This document shows, in pieces, positions 35,014-44,211 of a stretch of DNA of 64,000 nt. Origin of the DNA: an uncultured Lachnospiraceae bacterium (GTDB lineage: Bacteria; Bacillota; Clostridia; Lachnospirales; Lachnospiraceae); NCBI GenBank assembly GCA_946549035.1, contig CAMNQH010000007.1:7739-71738 (forward strand), in the 5' to 3' direction. Each line of letters opens with the position of its first letter. Position 1 is the stretch's first letter. The position numbers were made by a program, and so were the translations under genes. A model generated the notes under the pieces. That model was not told the DNA's origin, made no database searches, and saw nothing but the letters and a program-made list of their open reading frames with translations.

Positions 35014-36515
35014 AACATCACCTCCATAATCTTATCCTCTGTGAAATCTGAGCTTCGAGAAAGCATACCCGCAGCCCTGTGTTCCTTCATGACCAGAATA
35101 CGGTCCGACATACCCATGGCTTCCTGCAGCTCGTCAGAGATCATAACGACCCCGATTCCGTCTTTTTTTGCCTTCTTTAAAACACTGTAGATATAGGCCT
35201 TTACCCCGATATCCACGCCTCGGGTGGGACAATCCAGGATAATATATTTCAAATCCTTCACCAGCCAACGGCTGAGATTTACTTTTTGTTTGTTTCCGCC
35301 GCTGAGCCTGCGTACCACATGACCAAGTCCTGAAGACTTGATTTCAAAAGCTTCAGAGGCTCTCTGAGCCAAAGCCTTTGTCTTGACAGGACTTAAATAT
35401 GCCGCCGGGCCTGAAAGCTCTTTTACAGAAGGAACAATCAGGTTGTCTCCGATACCGGCGTCCAGCATCAGCCCATGGGCGTCGCGGTCCTTAGACAGAT
35501 AAGCTCCCCCCGTCTTAATAAGATCAGACGTTTTCTTTAGCTCCTTGTTTTCCGCCTTTACAACAATACTGCCTCTGCGTCCTTCCTCCAGTCCAAACAT
35601 GGCGCTTCCCACCTCATGAATGCCGGCGTCGGATAATCCGCAAATGCCAAGAATCTCCCCTTTATGTAAATCAAAAGAAATATCCTCGCACTTTCCTGGA
35701 ACCGTCAGGTTCCGAACCTCAAGCACTACTTCATCCTCATAACGTTCCTCTTTGTCGTCACGGTAATAATCACCAGAAACCTCCCGGCCAATCATCAGCC
35801 GTTTCAGTTCATCCATGGTGTAATCCCCCGCCGCCCTGCTCTCTACAATCACGCCGTCGCGAAGCACCGCAATCTCATCACTGATTTCCATCATCTCTTC
35901 CAGGTCATGGGTCACCATAAGAATCGTTCTTCCCTTGGATTTGAAGGTTTCAATAAATTGATACAGCACTTGACGATTATCCTGGGACAACGCCTGGGAA
36001 ATTTCATCCAACACTAAAAAATCCGGTTCCGTAATCAAAGCCCTCGCCAGCTCCATGATTTTTCTCTGTTCAATGGAAAGGCTTCCCGCCGGAACATCCA
36101 GGGGCACCAGAGGCAGGTTCCATTTTTCAAACACCGCCTTGGCGTCTCTTTTCATAGCTTTTAAATCCACCATAGGCCCCTTGGTGTATGGATCCATTTT
36201 CCCCAGAAACATATTGACTACCCCCGGGAGGTTTCCCACTACTCCCAATTCCTGCACTACCATAGCAACCCCGTGGGCTGCTGCGTCTGCAGGGCTATGG
36301 GGATCGTAATTTAGTCCATTTTTATAGAATTTCCCACTGTCCTTTTTCTGCATGCCGCAGACCATAGAGGCCAATGTGGATTTGCCTGAGCCGTTTTCCC
36401 CGGCCAGCCCCAGAAGTATGCCCTTGTTTAAGACAAGATTGATATCGCGATTTGCTTTTGTGGGGCCAAAGCTTTTGCTGACGCCTTCCATTCGTAACAT
36501 TTCTTCTGCCATCAC
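35010..36515 (-). CDS. sugar ABC transporter ATP-binding protein (duplicated ABC domains, RbsA/MglA type)
   Basis: 501 aa. First domain GENGSGKST/LVLDE. Second degenerate domain with LSGGNKQK/ILDCPTRGVD. Confidence 0.9.
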   Translation of the reverse strand: MMAEEMLRMEGVSKSFGPTKANRDINLVLNKGILLGLAGENGSGKSTLASMVCGMQKKDSGKFYKNGLNYDPHSPADAAAHGVAMVVQELGVVGNLPGVVNMFLGKMDPYTKGPMVDLKAMKRDAKAVFEKWNLPLVPLDVPAGSLSIEQRKIMELARALITEPDFLVLDEISQALSQDNRQVLYQFIETFKSKGRTILMVTHDLEEMMEISDEIAVLRDGVIVESRAAGDYTMDELKRLMIGREVSGDYYRDDKEERYEDEVVLEVRNLTVPGKCEDISFDLHKGEILGICGLSDAGIHEVGSAMFGLEEGRRGSIVVKAENKELKKTSDLIKTGGAYLSKDRDAHGLMLDAGIGDNLIVPSVKELSGPAAYLSPVKTKALAQRASEAFEIKSSGLGHVVRRLSGGNKQKVNLSRWLVKDLKYIILDCPTRGVDIGVKAYIYSVLKKAKKDGIGVVMISDELQEAMGMSDRILVMKEHRAAGMLSRSSDFTEDKIMEVML

Positions 36516-37498
36516 TTCATTACCCCCTTATAGCGTAAGGATGCAAGGATCCCGCAGAGCATAACAACCAGGCCCAGGCATATATCCTGACCGGTACCTG
36601 AAGGTACGCCCACCAAAGTCAGTACATTAAATAATCCCGCTACAATGAACGAACCCACAAGACACCCCACCGCATCATTGAAGATACGTGAGAAAGAACC
36701 TGAAATCAAAACCACCGCCAGGGATTTGAAAATGCCGCTTAAGCTTCCCATACCGCTGGTAGGGGTAAAACGCCCTGTATAGCTCAACTGGGTAATCCCT
36801 CCAATGGCAATCACTACAGCGCCGATCACAGCAGCCAAAAGAATCGTCTTTTTCCGGTTGATTCCCATAGCCTCCGCCACTTCTCCGCCTCCGCCGATTG
36901 CACGAAGATTAAATCCGAATTTTGTATAGTTAAAAATAAAATAAGATGCGATAAACACGATTACCGCAATTATGAAAATAACAGGGAACTGTCCCAGGGC
37001 ATTGCATTTTTTCATATATACAATAGCTGTTCCCAAAGCCTCCGCCTGAGAATCCACCAAAATCATGCCCAGCGCTTCAAATACCAACGCGCATCCAAGG
37101 CCTGCCACCCAAGAAGGAATACCGATAAAAAGCGAGCAAGATGTACAAAGCAGCTCGCAGATAATCATAACAACAATCGTACCAATAATCAGGCCCGGAT
37201 ACCCCAGACCCAGAATTTCTACTGCTATGGCGCCCACATTGCCAGCTAAAATCACCTGTGCGCCAACGGACAAATCGATCATACCCGTAGAAAAAATAAA
37301 CATCATTCCCAGACCAACCATCAGCGGATAAGTAACCTGTGTAAGTATCGCCTTAATGTTATTTGTCCTGAGAAGTCTGCCACCCGTAATGAAGTGGCAG
37401 ACAATAAAAACCAGGACAATCGCGGCAATTACCAGGATCTGGCTTCTCAAACGCTTTTTTTTCAGGTTGGCGCTGGCTGTGCTTGTCTGTCCAGCCAT
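36512..37498 (-). CDS. sugar ABC transporter permease
   Basis: Start set at ATG 37498 (MAGQTSTAS...) behind GAAGGAGGAAGG. Polytopic. Confidence 0.85.
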   Translation of the reverse strand: MAGQTSTASANLKKKRLRSQILVIAAIVLVFIVCHFITGGRLLRTNNIKAILTQVTYPLMVGLGMMFIFSTGMIDLSVGAQVILAGNVGAIAVEILGLGYPGLIIGTIVVMIICELLCTSCSLFIGIPSWVAGLGCALVFEALGMILVDSQAEALGTAIVYMKKCNALGQFPVIFIIAVIVFIASYFIFNYTKFGFNLRAIGGGGEVAEAMGINRKKTILLAAVIGAVVIAIGGITQLSYTGRFTPTSGMGSLSGIFKSLAVVLISGSFSRIFNDAVGCLVGSFIVAGLFNVLTLVGVPSGTGQDICLGLVVMLCGILASLRYKGVMK

Positions 37499-37522
37499 AA
37501 ATGCCTTCCTCCTTCGAAACAA

Positions 37523-38755
37523 TTACTTGCCAGCCGCTAATCTTTCCTCTAATGAATAATTTTTAATAATATCCATAAACTGATCATAGCTGATACCGTT
37601 CATAGCCTGAATCTCTTCAACAGAATAACAGGATTTATCTACAAAGCAAGCTTTGAAGTCGGCAAATTGTTCTGCAGATACTTCAAAAGGCATAATATCG
37701 TCTACCCATACCGGATTTCCGTCGCCATCCTTAATGGGGTTTCCATGGAGATAATTCTCAAGCAGAACAGTCGCCATAGTCCCGCTGATCCAGAAGTCCC
37801 CGTTTACAAATTCCATATAGGTACCGTCTTCCAAAAGCTCCAAAGCGCCGCTGTCTAAACCAGAGGTTAATACCTTCGTCTCAAGGAACTGGTTCTTAGC
37901 TGCCGCGCAGGCGCCGATGCCGTAATCAGAACCTGTGCCGTAAACAAAATCAACATCTGGATAAGCAATCAGAGCATTCTCCGTATATGGCTGAATATTG
38001 TCCTGGGAATCCGTATAAACTTCCTGCTTCACTTCACCGCCGCCGGCTTCAAAGGTCTGTTTGAACGCCTCAATCCTGGGAGTATCCGTAGGATCGCCCT
38101 GGGCTCCTGTGGAAATAATACAGCTCTTATACCCTTGATCCAACGCATACTGGGCAATCAGCGAGCCATATTCCGCATTGGCCGGCCCAACAGCCCCGGC
38201 AAAATATTCATTGTCCATCAAAGCTTCTTTTATGGCCGGGTCAGAGGGAACCTTGTCTGCAAATACAAAGGGAATTTTTGCCTCTGTACACTTATCAATT
38301 ACTGTCTGATACAGATTGTCCGCCGGGAGCCAAATGATAATTCCGTCACATCCGGAAGAAATCAAATTCTCAATATCCTGTACAATCTTATCTACCTGGA
38401 AGTCATCGCTGATATCCTGATAAGTATCTCCAAAAGCCTCAATGACGAAGGACTGATTGCCAGCTAAAGTCGTCAAAGCGTATGATCCGGGTCCAAAGTA
38501 ATTGTAGCCAATTTTAAATGCTCCTTCCGACGAAGCCGCCCCGTCTTCTTTGGAACCGGATTCCTTAGAATCACCTTCACCCTCATTAGCCGCGTCATCC
38601 TTATTTGCGTCATTCTCAGGCGTCCCACCGCTTTCCTCTGCGCTTTGCCCTTCATTGCCAGAAGGAACGTTGTCCTTATTGCCGCAGGCCGTCAAAGACG
38701 TCGCCAGCGTCGCCAGAACCAAGCCCAAAGCAACAAATTTCTTCATCCTTTTCAT
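37523..38755 (-). CDS. sugar ABC transporter substrate-binding lipoprotein
   Basis: Start at ATG 38755 (MKRMKKFVALGLVLATLATSLTAC|GNK, lipobox LTAC) behind AAGGGAGG. A long acidic, low-complexity linker precedes a periplasmic-binding-protein type I fold. Confidence 0.85.
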   Translation of the reverse strand: MKRMKKFVALGLVLATLATSLTACGNKDNVPSGNEGQSAEESGGTPENDANKDDAANEGEGDSKESGSKEDGAASSEGAFKIGYNYFGPGSYALTTLAGNQSFVIEAFGDTYQDISDDFQVDKIVQDIENLISSGCDGIIIWLPADNLYQTVIDKCTEAKIPFVFADKVPSDPAIKEALMDNEYFAGAVGPANAEYGSLIAQYALDQGYKSCIISTGAQGDPTDTPRIEAFKQTFEAGGGEVKQEVYTDSQDNIQPYTENALIAYPDVDFVYGTGSDYGIGACAAAKNQFLETKVLTSGLDSGALELLEDGTYMEFVNGDFWISGTMATVLLENYLHGNPIKDGDGNPVWVDDIMPFEVSAEQFADFKACFVDKSCYSVEEIQAMNGISYDQFMDIIKNYSLEERLAAGK

Positions 38756-38892
38756 AGTTGTACCTCCCTTAAAAATGAATTTTTGTTGATACACCCATTA
38801 TACCTTCCCTCTTCCCTTTTATCTCTCAACATATTGCCTAATCCAAAACAGAATGTTTCTCTTTTTTGTCACAACCATGCCCTGTTTCATTT

Positions 38893-38907
38893 TGGTTTCA
38901 GAAACCA
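38893..38907. promoter_or_regulatory. candidate operator palindrome TGGTTTCAGAAACCA
   Basis: Perfect 7-1-7 palindrome in the divergent region between the ABC importer operon and the LacI gene. Confidence 0.35.
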
Positions 38908-39089
38908 GTCAATTTTTTGCATTAATTATTTCCTATATTTGTTATTTCCAGCAAATCCCTTCCTTTTTTTCCATATATGTTTTATATTTTAACCAACTTT
39001 TTTACTGTAATATATATTTTTATTACTTTTTGTCTCATTAAGGACAATATTTGATGAATATTTTTCCAATCAGAAAGGGGAGAATTTCC

Positions 39090-40112
39090 ATGAGTCAGAA
39101 AAAAACCATTTACGACATCGCATCATTGGCCGGAGTATCTCCCGCCAGTGTCTCCAGGTGCATACATCATCCCGAAAGCATGAGGGAATCTACAAAACAG
39201 AAAATATGGGACGCATTCAGTTCCTTAGGACTTGGCCCGGAGGATTTATCCTTTCAGTTCAAATCCGGAAACACCCGCAAAAAATCCGGAAATCACATTC
39301 CTGTCATATTGGTATGCGTTCCCGGTTTCCTGAACCCTTTCTATGATGATATTATCGAGGTAATTCAAGAACATCTGCGGCGGGAATCCTATACCATGCT
39401 GCTTTACGGCCAGTCGTTATCCCGTTCCAATTTGCACCAATTTCTGGAAATGGCCACATCTATCCAGGTAAACGGGCTGATCCTTGCAGATCATCTGCCG
39501 GAGGAAGTGTTACTGCGGCTAAACGCTCATTATCCTTTGGTGCAATGCAGCGAATACAATTCCGCCTGCCCTAACATTCCTTACGTCACCGTAGACGATT
39601 ATTCCACCACCCAAAATGCCATCCGCTACTTAGTACAAGCAGGCTGCAAAAACATTGGTTTTTTCTCCGCCCCTTACCGGCAGCGTTATGTCCAGAACCG
39701 TTATCAGGCTTACAAATCCGTCCTGGCGGAAGCCGGCCTGCCCATGCGCCCAGAGTACGTCATGCAAGTATCTAATTATTCTTACGACCGGATTTTAACC
39801 GCAGCCCAACGCTTTTTTATGTACGCCACCCCGCCGGACGCCATTTTTGCCGTTTCTGACAAGCACGCTCATGCTTTAATAAAAGCCGCGACTGCCGCGG
39901 GGTTTCGGATCCCGGAAGATCTGAAAATTATCGGATTTGACAACACCATGTACGCTACCTTATCCACGCCCACCATTACAACCATCGCCCAGCCTCGCCG
40001 GGAGCTTGCAACAGAAAGCGCCAAAATCCTCCTGGAAAAAATAAAACAGCCGAAACTTCCGGCTGTCTCAAAAGTGCTTCCTTCTAAAATTATATTCCGA
40101 GAATCCACATAA
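39090..40112 (+). CDS. LacI-family transcriptional regulator
   Basis: Start at ATG 39090 (MSQKKTIYDIASLAGVSPASVSRCIHHPE, a LacI HTH), followed by a periplasmic-binding-protein-like effector domain. Confidence 0.9.
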   Translation: MSQKKTIYDIASLAGVSPASVSRCIHHPESMRESTKQKIWDAFSSLGLGPEDLSFQFKSGNTRKKSGNHIPVILVCVPGFLNPFYDDIIEVIQEHLRRESYTMLLYGQSLSRSNLHQFLEMATSIQVNGLILADHLPEEVLLRLNAHYPLVQCSEYNSACPNIPYVTVDDYSTTQNAIRYLVQAGCKNIGFFSAPYRQRYVQNRYQAYKSVLAEAGLPMRPEYVMQVSNYSYDRILTAAQRFFMYATPPDAIFAVSDKHAHALIKAATAAGFRIPEDLKIIGFDNTMYATLSTPTITTIAQPRRELATESAKILLEKIKQPKLPAVSKVLPSKIIFREST

Positions 40113-40119
40113 AAGCATT

Positions 40120-42561
40120 TTACACGAACTCTTGCTCCTTAATCTGTCTGAAAATATGAACATACTGCATTTCATGAGGATTTAAAGCAATATTTATTTC
40201 CAGTACATGATTGCTTACCACATATTCATAGATCGAAATCCGGGGAGTGGAAATCCGGCGGAGATAATCAATGTCCTGGGCATTCAGGTTCTCTATTAGA
40301 CCCATTCGATACCATTCGTCCTGTACGCTGCCGTGCTTGGAGCTTATGCTGCGTACCTTGACATGGTAAAATCCATTTTTGACATTATCTATTTTTACAT
40401 GAATGCGCATATCTGCAGAATCTGTATACAACATGGAAACCTGTTGGATTCCAAGATCCCTTTCTTCCTGCATATAGTACTGGATATCCAGATTTTTATG
40501 ATTACAGCAGGCAATCATATAATTATCATATCCATCCATTGTTACCATCAAATCTTCCTGACGCCCCAAAAGATAATCACCCATACGATTTAGAAATTCA
40601 ATGGCATAAAACGCCGGTTTACAAATACCATGATAAGAAATCAGTCCGCAGCATCCGTCCAGGACATTGGGGGACTCCTCCGTTTCAACAAAAAGATCCG
40701 TGCCAAACCAGTACCCCACCATATCCGCCATATGATGGATCCGCATAAGCACATCCATAATATACGTCCCTTTATGGCAGCTGTCATTTACTACATTCCG
40801 ATTTACCACGGTCATATTCCATTCACTGATAATCAGGGGCACATTCATATCGTATTTTTCTACGATCTGCTTCTTGTCAGACAGATATTCTTCCAAAAAG
40901 GAAATATTTCCATGAGCCATGTTATGAAGGCTTTGCCATACCTCTTCTTCCCTATATTTTGTCTGAAACCCATAGATTCCCAAAAAATCCGGCTGAATCA
41001 TGCGCCGGCTCCACTGAGCAATCAGATTCTCAAAATCAATACATTCATATTCCCGGTCAAAAGCCCCTCCCACCCTGGTTTCCGGCACGATGGCCTTAAT
41101 CGCGGCGCTGGTTTCCTCAAATACCTGAAAATACCGTTCTCCATTCTCATCATCAAATAATCTGGGATCGCACCATTGTTCGAAATACCATTTGGAAACC
41201 TCTTTCCTTCCATACCGGTTGACAAAGTGAACCATCATAGCCGTGAAGAACCTCTGAAGAGAATCCGCAGATTGAAATAAAATCTCCCGAGGCTCATTAT
41301 GCAAAAATATATAGGAAGAAAGCATTAGGATATTTGGCTTAAAACCAAGTTCAAAATAAGGACGCATTTGATGTTCCACTAAAAAGTCCAATACTTTATC
41401 CAGCTTACTGAAATTATGACGTCCGTCATCTACGCCGGCATTCATTTTTATTTCCTCATCATACAGATCCCACATACGAACATATTCAAATCCCAGTTTT
41501 CTGTGCAGAAACAACAAATGTTCCTGCACGTCTCTTCTAAGCAGGCTTACCACACGGCCTATGTTGATCATTTTATTCCAGCTTTTTTCCATATACATGA
41601 CATTTTGAGTGTCTACCTTCAAATCCTTATAAATTACATTCTCCTCTTTTTCATTCTGATTTACGGTTTCATGCTCAAAATAATCCAGCAGGCGGTATTC
41701 CAGCTCATTGGCCATGCTCTCCCGCACTTCCTGTTCCTTCGTCTGTCCCTGTGTTTCCCGAAACGCTTTCGGCGACATTCCATATCGTTCTTTAAAGGCT
41801 TTATTGAAGGAAGCAATATTGGGAAATCCATTATCCATGGCTATTCTGGCTACAGACTTCTCCTTGTCCTTCAATTCCCGCACAGAAGCGTTCAACCGAA
41901 GCCCTGTAAGGTATCCTCCGAAATTTTCCCCCAGCTTCTTCTTAATATAACGGGATATATAAGACGTGGACATATAAAATCGATCCGCCAAATCCTTCAG
42001 GCTGATTTGATTTTTAAAATTCCGATGGATATAATTCAGTATTTCATCCACCCTTACATCGTCCTCACTTGGATTAAAATGCCCAGTGTCATTGACAATA
42101 TAGACCGCATGCTCCAGCATCAAAGCCTCCATCAACTGGTAATAAATTCCGTTCAAATGCACCAGGATCCGGCCGTTGCCGGAACGTTTTCCGTAATAAT
42201 TACGGATACAGGCCTCCAGCAGCCTTTGCACATTCTCATATTGCTTTGGCTCCTCTATGGTGGTATTGCACTGAATCTTAACATTGTCAAGCTCATAGTA
42301 CTTTCCCATCTCTGCAACACTAATGACAAATCCCATCACCAGAAAATGTTCCGTCATTTGATAGGAATGATGCCAAAATGCATTCATCACGATAAAATCT
42401 CCACGTTTCAAGGAGAAGGTTTCTCCGCCGGCGCTTAAGGTCATTTCACCCTCTAATACATAATACAGTACGATATTGGTGTTAAAATAATTTTGTATGC
42501 TCCGCTCTTTGAGCAATTCAAAATCCATGATTTGATCTTCATTTAAGTATAAATTATTCAT
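40120..42561 (-). CDS. hybrid AraC-family regulator fused to a GH39-like (clan GH-A) domain
   Basis: N-terminal cupin plus AraC double HTH (LKDLADRFYMSTSYISRYIKKKLG...IAMDNGFPNIASFNKAFKERYGMSPKAFRE). The C-terminal part, about 500 aa, has glycoside-hydrolase-like motifs (VRMWDLY, WYFEQWCDP, PLIISEWN). The track start at 42582 is TTG; ATG 42561 is preferred. Confidence 0.75.
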   Translation of the reverse strand: MNNLYLNEDQIMDFELLKERSIQNYFNTNIVLYYVLEGEMTLSAGGETFSLKRGDFIVMNAFWHHSYQMTEHFLVMGFVISVAEMGKYYELDNVKIQCNTTIEEPKQYENVQRLLEACIRNYYGKRSGNGRILVHLNGIYYQLMEALMLEHAVYIVNDTGHFNPSEDDVRVDEILNYIHRNFKNQISLKDLADRFYMSTSYISRYIKKKLGENFGGYLTGLRLNASVRELKDKEKSVARIAMDNGFPNIASFNKAFKERYGMSPKAFRETQGQTKEQEVRESMANELEYRLLDYFEHETVNQNEKEENVIYKDLKVDTQNVMYMEKSWNKMINIGRVVSLLRRDVQEHLLFLHRKLGFEYVRMWDLYDEEIKMNAGVDDGRHNFSKLDKVLDFLVEHQMRPYFELGFKPNILMLSSYIFLHNEPREILFQSADSLQRFFTAMMVHFVNRYGRKEVSKWYFEQWCDPRLFDDENGERYFQVFEETSAAIKAIVPETRVGGAFDREYECIDFENLIAQWSRRMIQPDFLGIYGFQTKYREEEVWQSLHNMAHGNISFLEEYLSDKKQIVEKYDMNVPLIISEWNMTVVNRNVVNDSCHKGTYIMDVLMRIHHMADMVGYWFGTDLFVETEESPNVLDGCCGLISYHGICKPAFYAIEFLNRMGDYLLGRQEDLMVTMDGYDNYMIACCNHKNLDIQYYMQEERDLGIQQVSMLYTDSADMRIHVKIDNVKNGFYHVKVRSISSKHGSVQDEWYRMGLIENLNAQDIDYLRRISTPRISIYEYVVSNHVLEINIALNPHEMQYVHIFRQIKEQEFV

Positions 42562-42611
42562 GCTTCTCCATTTTTTACCCAAATATAAATCACATCTTCC
42601 CCATAGGCCAT

Positions 42612-43568
42612 TTACGCCCTTCCTCCCCGGGCGATCTCTTCCATGAGCCAGGCGCAGTCTAACGTCAATTCATGAGTCGCCCCAAGCGCTTCCTTCCTGC
42701 CGGAAGAAAAGGCGTCGTAAAATGTTTGAATCTCATGAACAAATCCATCCTCCTGGGGATCTTCCATAAATTCCAAAACGTTCCCATTCACGTCGCACAA
42801 TTCCACTCTTCTGCAGCAATAAAAATCTTTCATTCGAATCTGTCCCTTGCTGCCGTAGATGTGGGCGTCGGCAGGAGCCTCCCCCTGGACGCCAAAGGAA
42901 CAGTTGGCAACGGCCCCGCCTGAAAATTGCAGCAAAGCCGCTCCCATCTCGTCCACGCCGGTATCGCCAATCTGTAAACAGGATTTCACGGACTCCGGCT
43001 TTTGTCCCATCATCAACAGAGTAAAGGCAAGGCAATAGATCCCCACATCCAACAATGCGCCGCCGCCTAATTTTGCAGAAAACAACCGCCCGTCCTTTTC
43101 CTTTGGATTGAAAAAGGAAAAACAGCAGTCCAGAAAATTGACTTTCCCAATCTTCCCTTCCCGAATCCATTCCGCCCCACGGCGAATACATGGAAGCGTT
43201 GCCGTCCACATTGCCTCCATTAACAAAACCTGGCGATTTCTGGCCGTATCCACAAGCTCCTTCGCCTGCTGAAAATTGATACACATGGGCTTTTCGCAAA
43301 GCACAGCCTTTCCCGCCTCCAGGCAAGCCTTTGCCGCCTCATAATGGGAGTCGTTGACAGACGCAATATAAACCGCGTCCATCTCCTCCATCTGCCATAT
43401 TTTTTCATAGCTGTCAAAAGCATAAGGAATATGATACTGGTCTGCAAAAGCCTGGGCCCTTTCCATTCGGGAAGACGCCACCCCATATACCGTCGCGCCC
43501 TCCACCTGCCGACAGGCTGCTGCAAAACGTTTTGCAATTTTTCCCGGCCCGATAATTCCGATTTTCAC
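42612..43568 (-). CDS. Gfo/Idh/MocA-family NAD(P)-dependent oxidoreductase
   Basis: 318 aa. GTG start behind AAAGGAGAA. Rossmann motif MKIGIIGPGKIAKRF and the EKPM motif (AVLCEKPM). Confidence 0.9.
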   Translation of the reverse strand: MKIGIIGPGKIAKRFAAACRQVEGATVYGVASSRMERAQAFADQYHIPYAFDSYEKIWQMEEMDAVYIASVNDSHYEAAKACLEAGKAVLCEKPMCINFQQAKELVDTARNRQVLLMEAMWTATLPCIRRGAEWIREGKIGKVNFLDCCFSFFNPKEKDGRLFSAKLGGGALLDVGIYCLAFTLLMMGQKPESVKSCLQIGDTGVDEMGAALLQFSGGAVANCSFGVQGEAPADAHIYGSKGQIRMKDFYCCRRVELCDVNGNVLEFMEDPQEDGFVHEIQTFYDAFSSGRKEALGATHELTLDCAWLMEEIARGGRA

Positions 43569-43588
43569 TTGCTGTTCTCCTTTCTGGC

Positions 43589-43699
43589 ATTCTGCAAATT
43601 AGGTGATTGCGAAGGGAAATGTTGAGGGAATATTATGACAATATATTTTCATAATATTCCGTCAAGTTTTGAGTTCCGCAATTACTGAATTCTGCAAAT
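43589..43699. mobile_element. MITE-like hairpin element, copy 2 (89 bp) with 11-bp direct repeats
   Basis: ATTCTGCAAAT occurs at 43589-43599 and again at 43689-43699. Between them, 43600-43688 forms a long hairpin (GGAATATTATGA-CAATATATTT-TCATAATATTCC core). Its imperfect terminal inverted repeats are TAGGTGATTGCG / CGCAATTACTGA. Shares GAATATT.TGACAATATATTTT and AAGTTTTGAGTT.CG.AAT with copy 1. Confidence 0.7.
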
Positions 43700-43811
43700 G
43701 CATAACATTTATGCTGCGCGTTCCTCTCGATGTTTTGCCATTCCTTACAAAAGCACTCATCTTTACATATTCTATCATGAAATCCCATGTATTGTAAACA
43801 GCCGCGCTAAA

Positions 43812-43858
43812 ACACGCCAGGTGTTCCATGGCCTAATCTCATGGAACACCTGGCGTGT
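43812..43858 (-). terminator. probable terminator after rubredoxin (19-bp perfect stem)
   Basis: ACACGCCAGGTGTTCCATG-gcctaatct-CATGGAACACCTGGCGTGT. On the minus strand it is followed by TTTAGCG, so the U-tract is short. Confidence 0.55.
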
Positions 43859-43889
43859 GGTTAGCTTGCTCATTCTTTTTCAAGCTTCC

Positions 43890-44045
43890 TTATGCTTCTG
43901 AAAACTGATCCTTTCCTACAAAGCAAAGGGGGCATTCAAAGTCATCCGGTACATTCTCCCACTTTGTCCCGGGAGCGATTCCTCCTTCCGGATAGCCTTT
44001 TTCTTCGTCATACTCCCATCCGCAAACGTCACATACATATTTCAT
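43890..44045 (-). CDS. rubredoxin
   Basis: 51 aa from ATG 44045 (AAAAGGAGAA ribosome-binding site). MKYVCDVCGWEYDEEKGYPEGGIAPGTKWENVPDDFECPLCFVGKDQFSEA carries both CxxCG and CPxC knuckles. Confidence 0.95.
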   Translation of the reverse strand: MKYVCDVCGWEYDEEKGYPEGGIAPGTKWENVPDDFECPLCFVGKDQFSEA

Positions 44046-44211
44046 AGCGATTCTCCTTTTCTTTATTCTAAATATGCCTGGTCTATCCAAGCATACGTTT
44101 GATAGATTTGCTTCTGTCATACACTCTTTCCAATTCTTTCGATATTATACAAAATGTATCCAAAAAAAGCAAGTAATTCCTTAAGTTCTTTCTATTCCAT
44201 TACAGTTATGG

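Noticed and set aside
41416-42438. 340-aa plus-strand ORF, plus 40630..41160.
   Set aside because: They are antisense to the AraC/GH39-like gene, and their AT-rich codons give long open antisense frames.
42733-43537. Alternate-frame minus-strand ORFs (42733..43326, 43220..43537) inside the oxidoreductase gene.
   Set aside because: They are Arg/Gly-rich out-of-frame translations. The Gfo/Idh/MocA frame carries the Rossmann and EKPM motifs.
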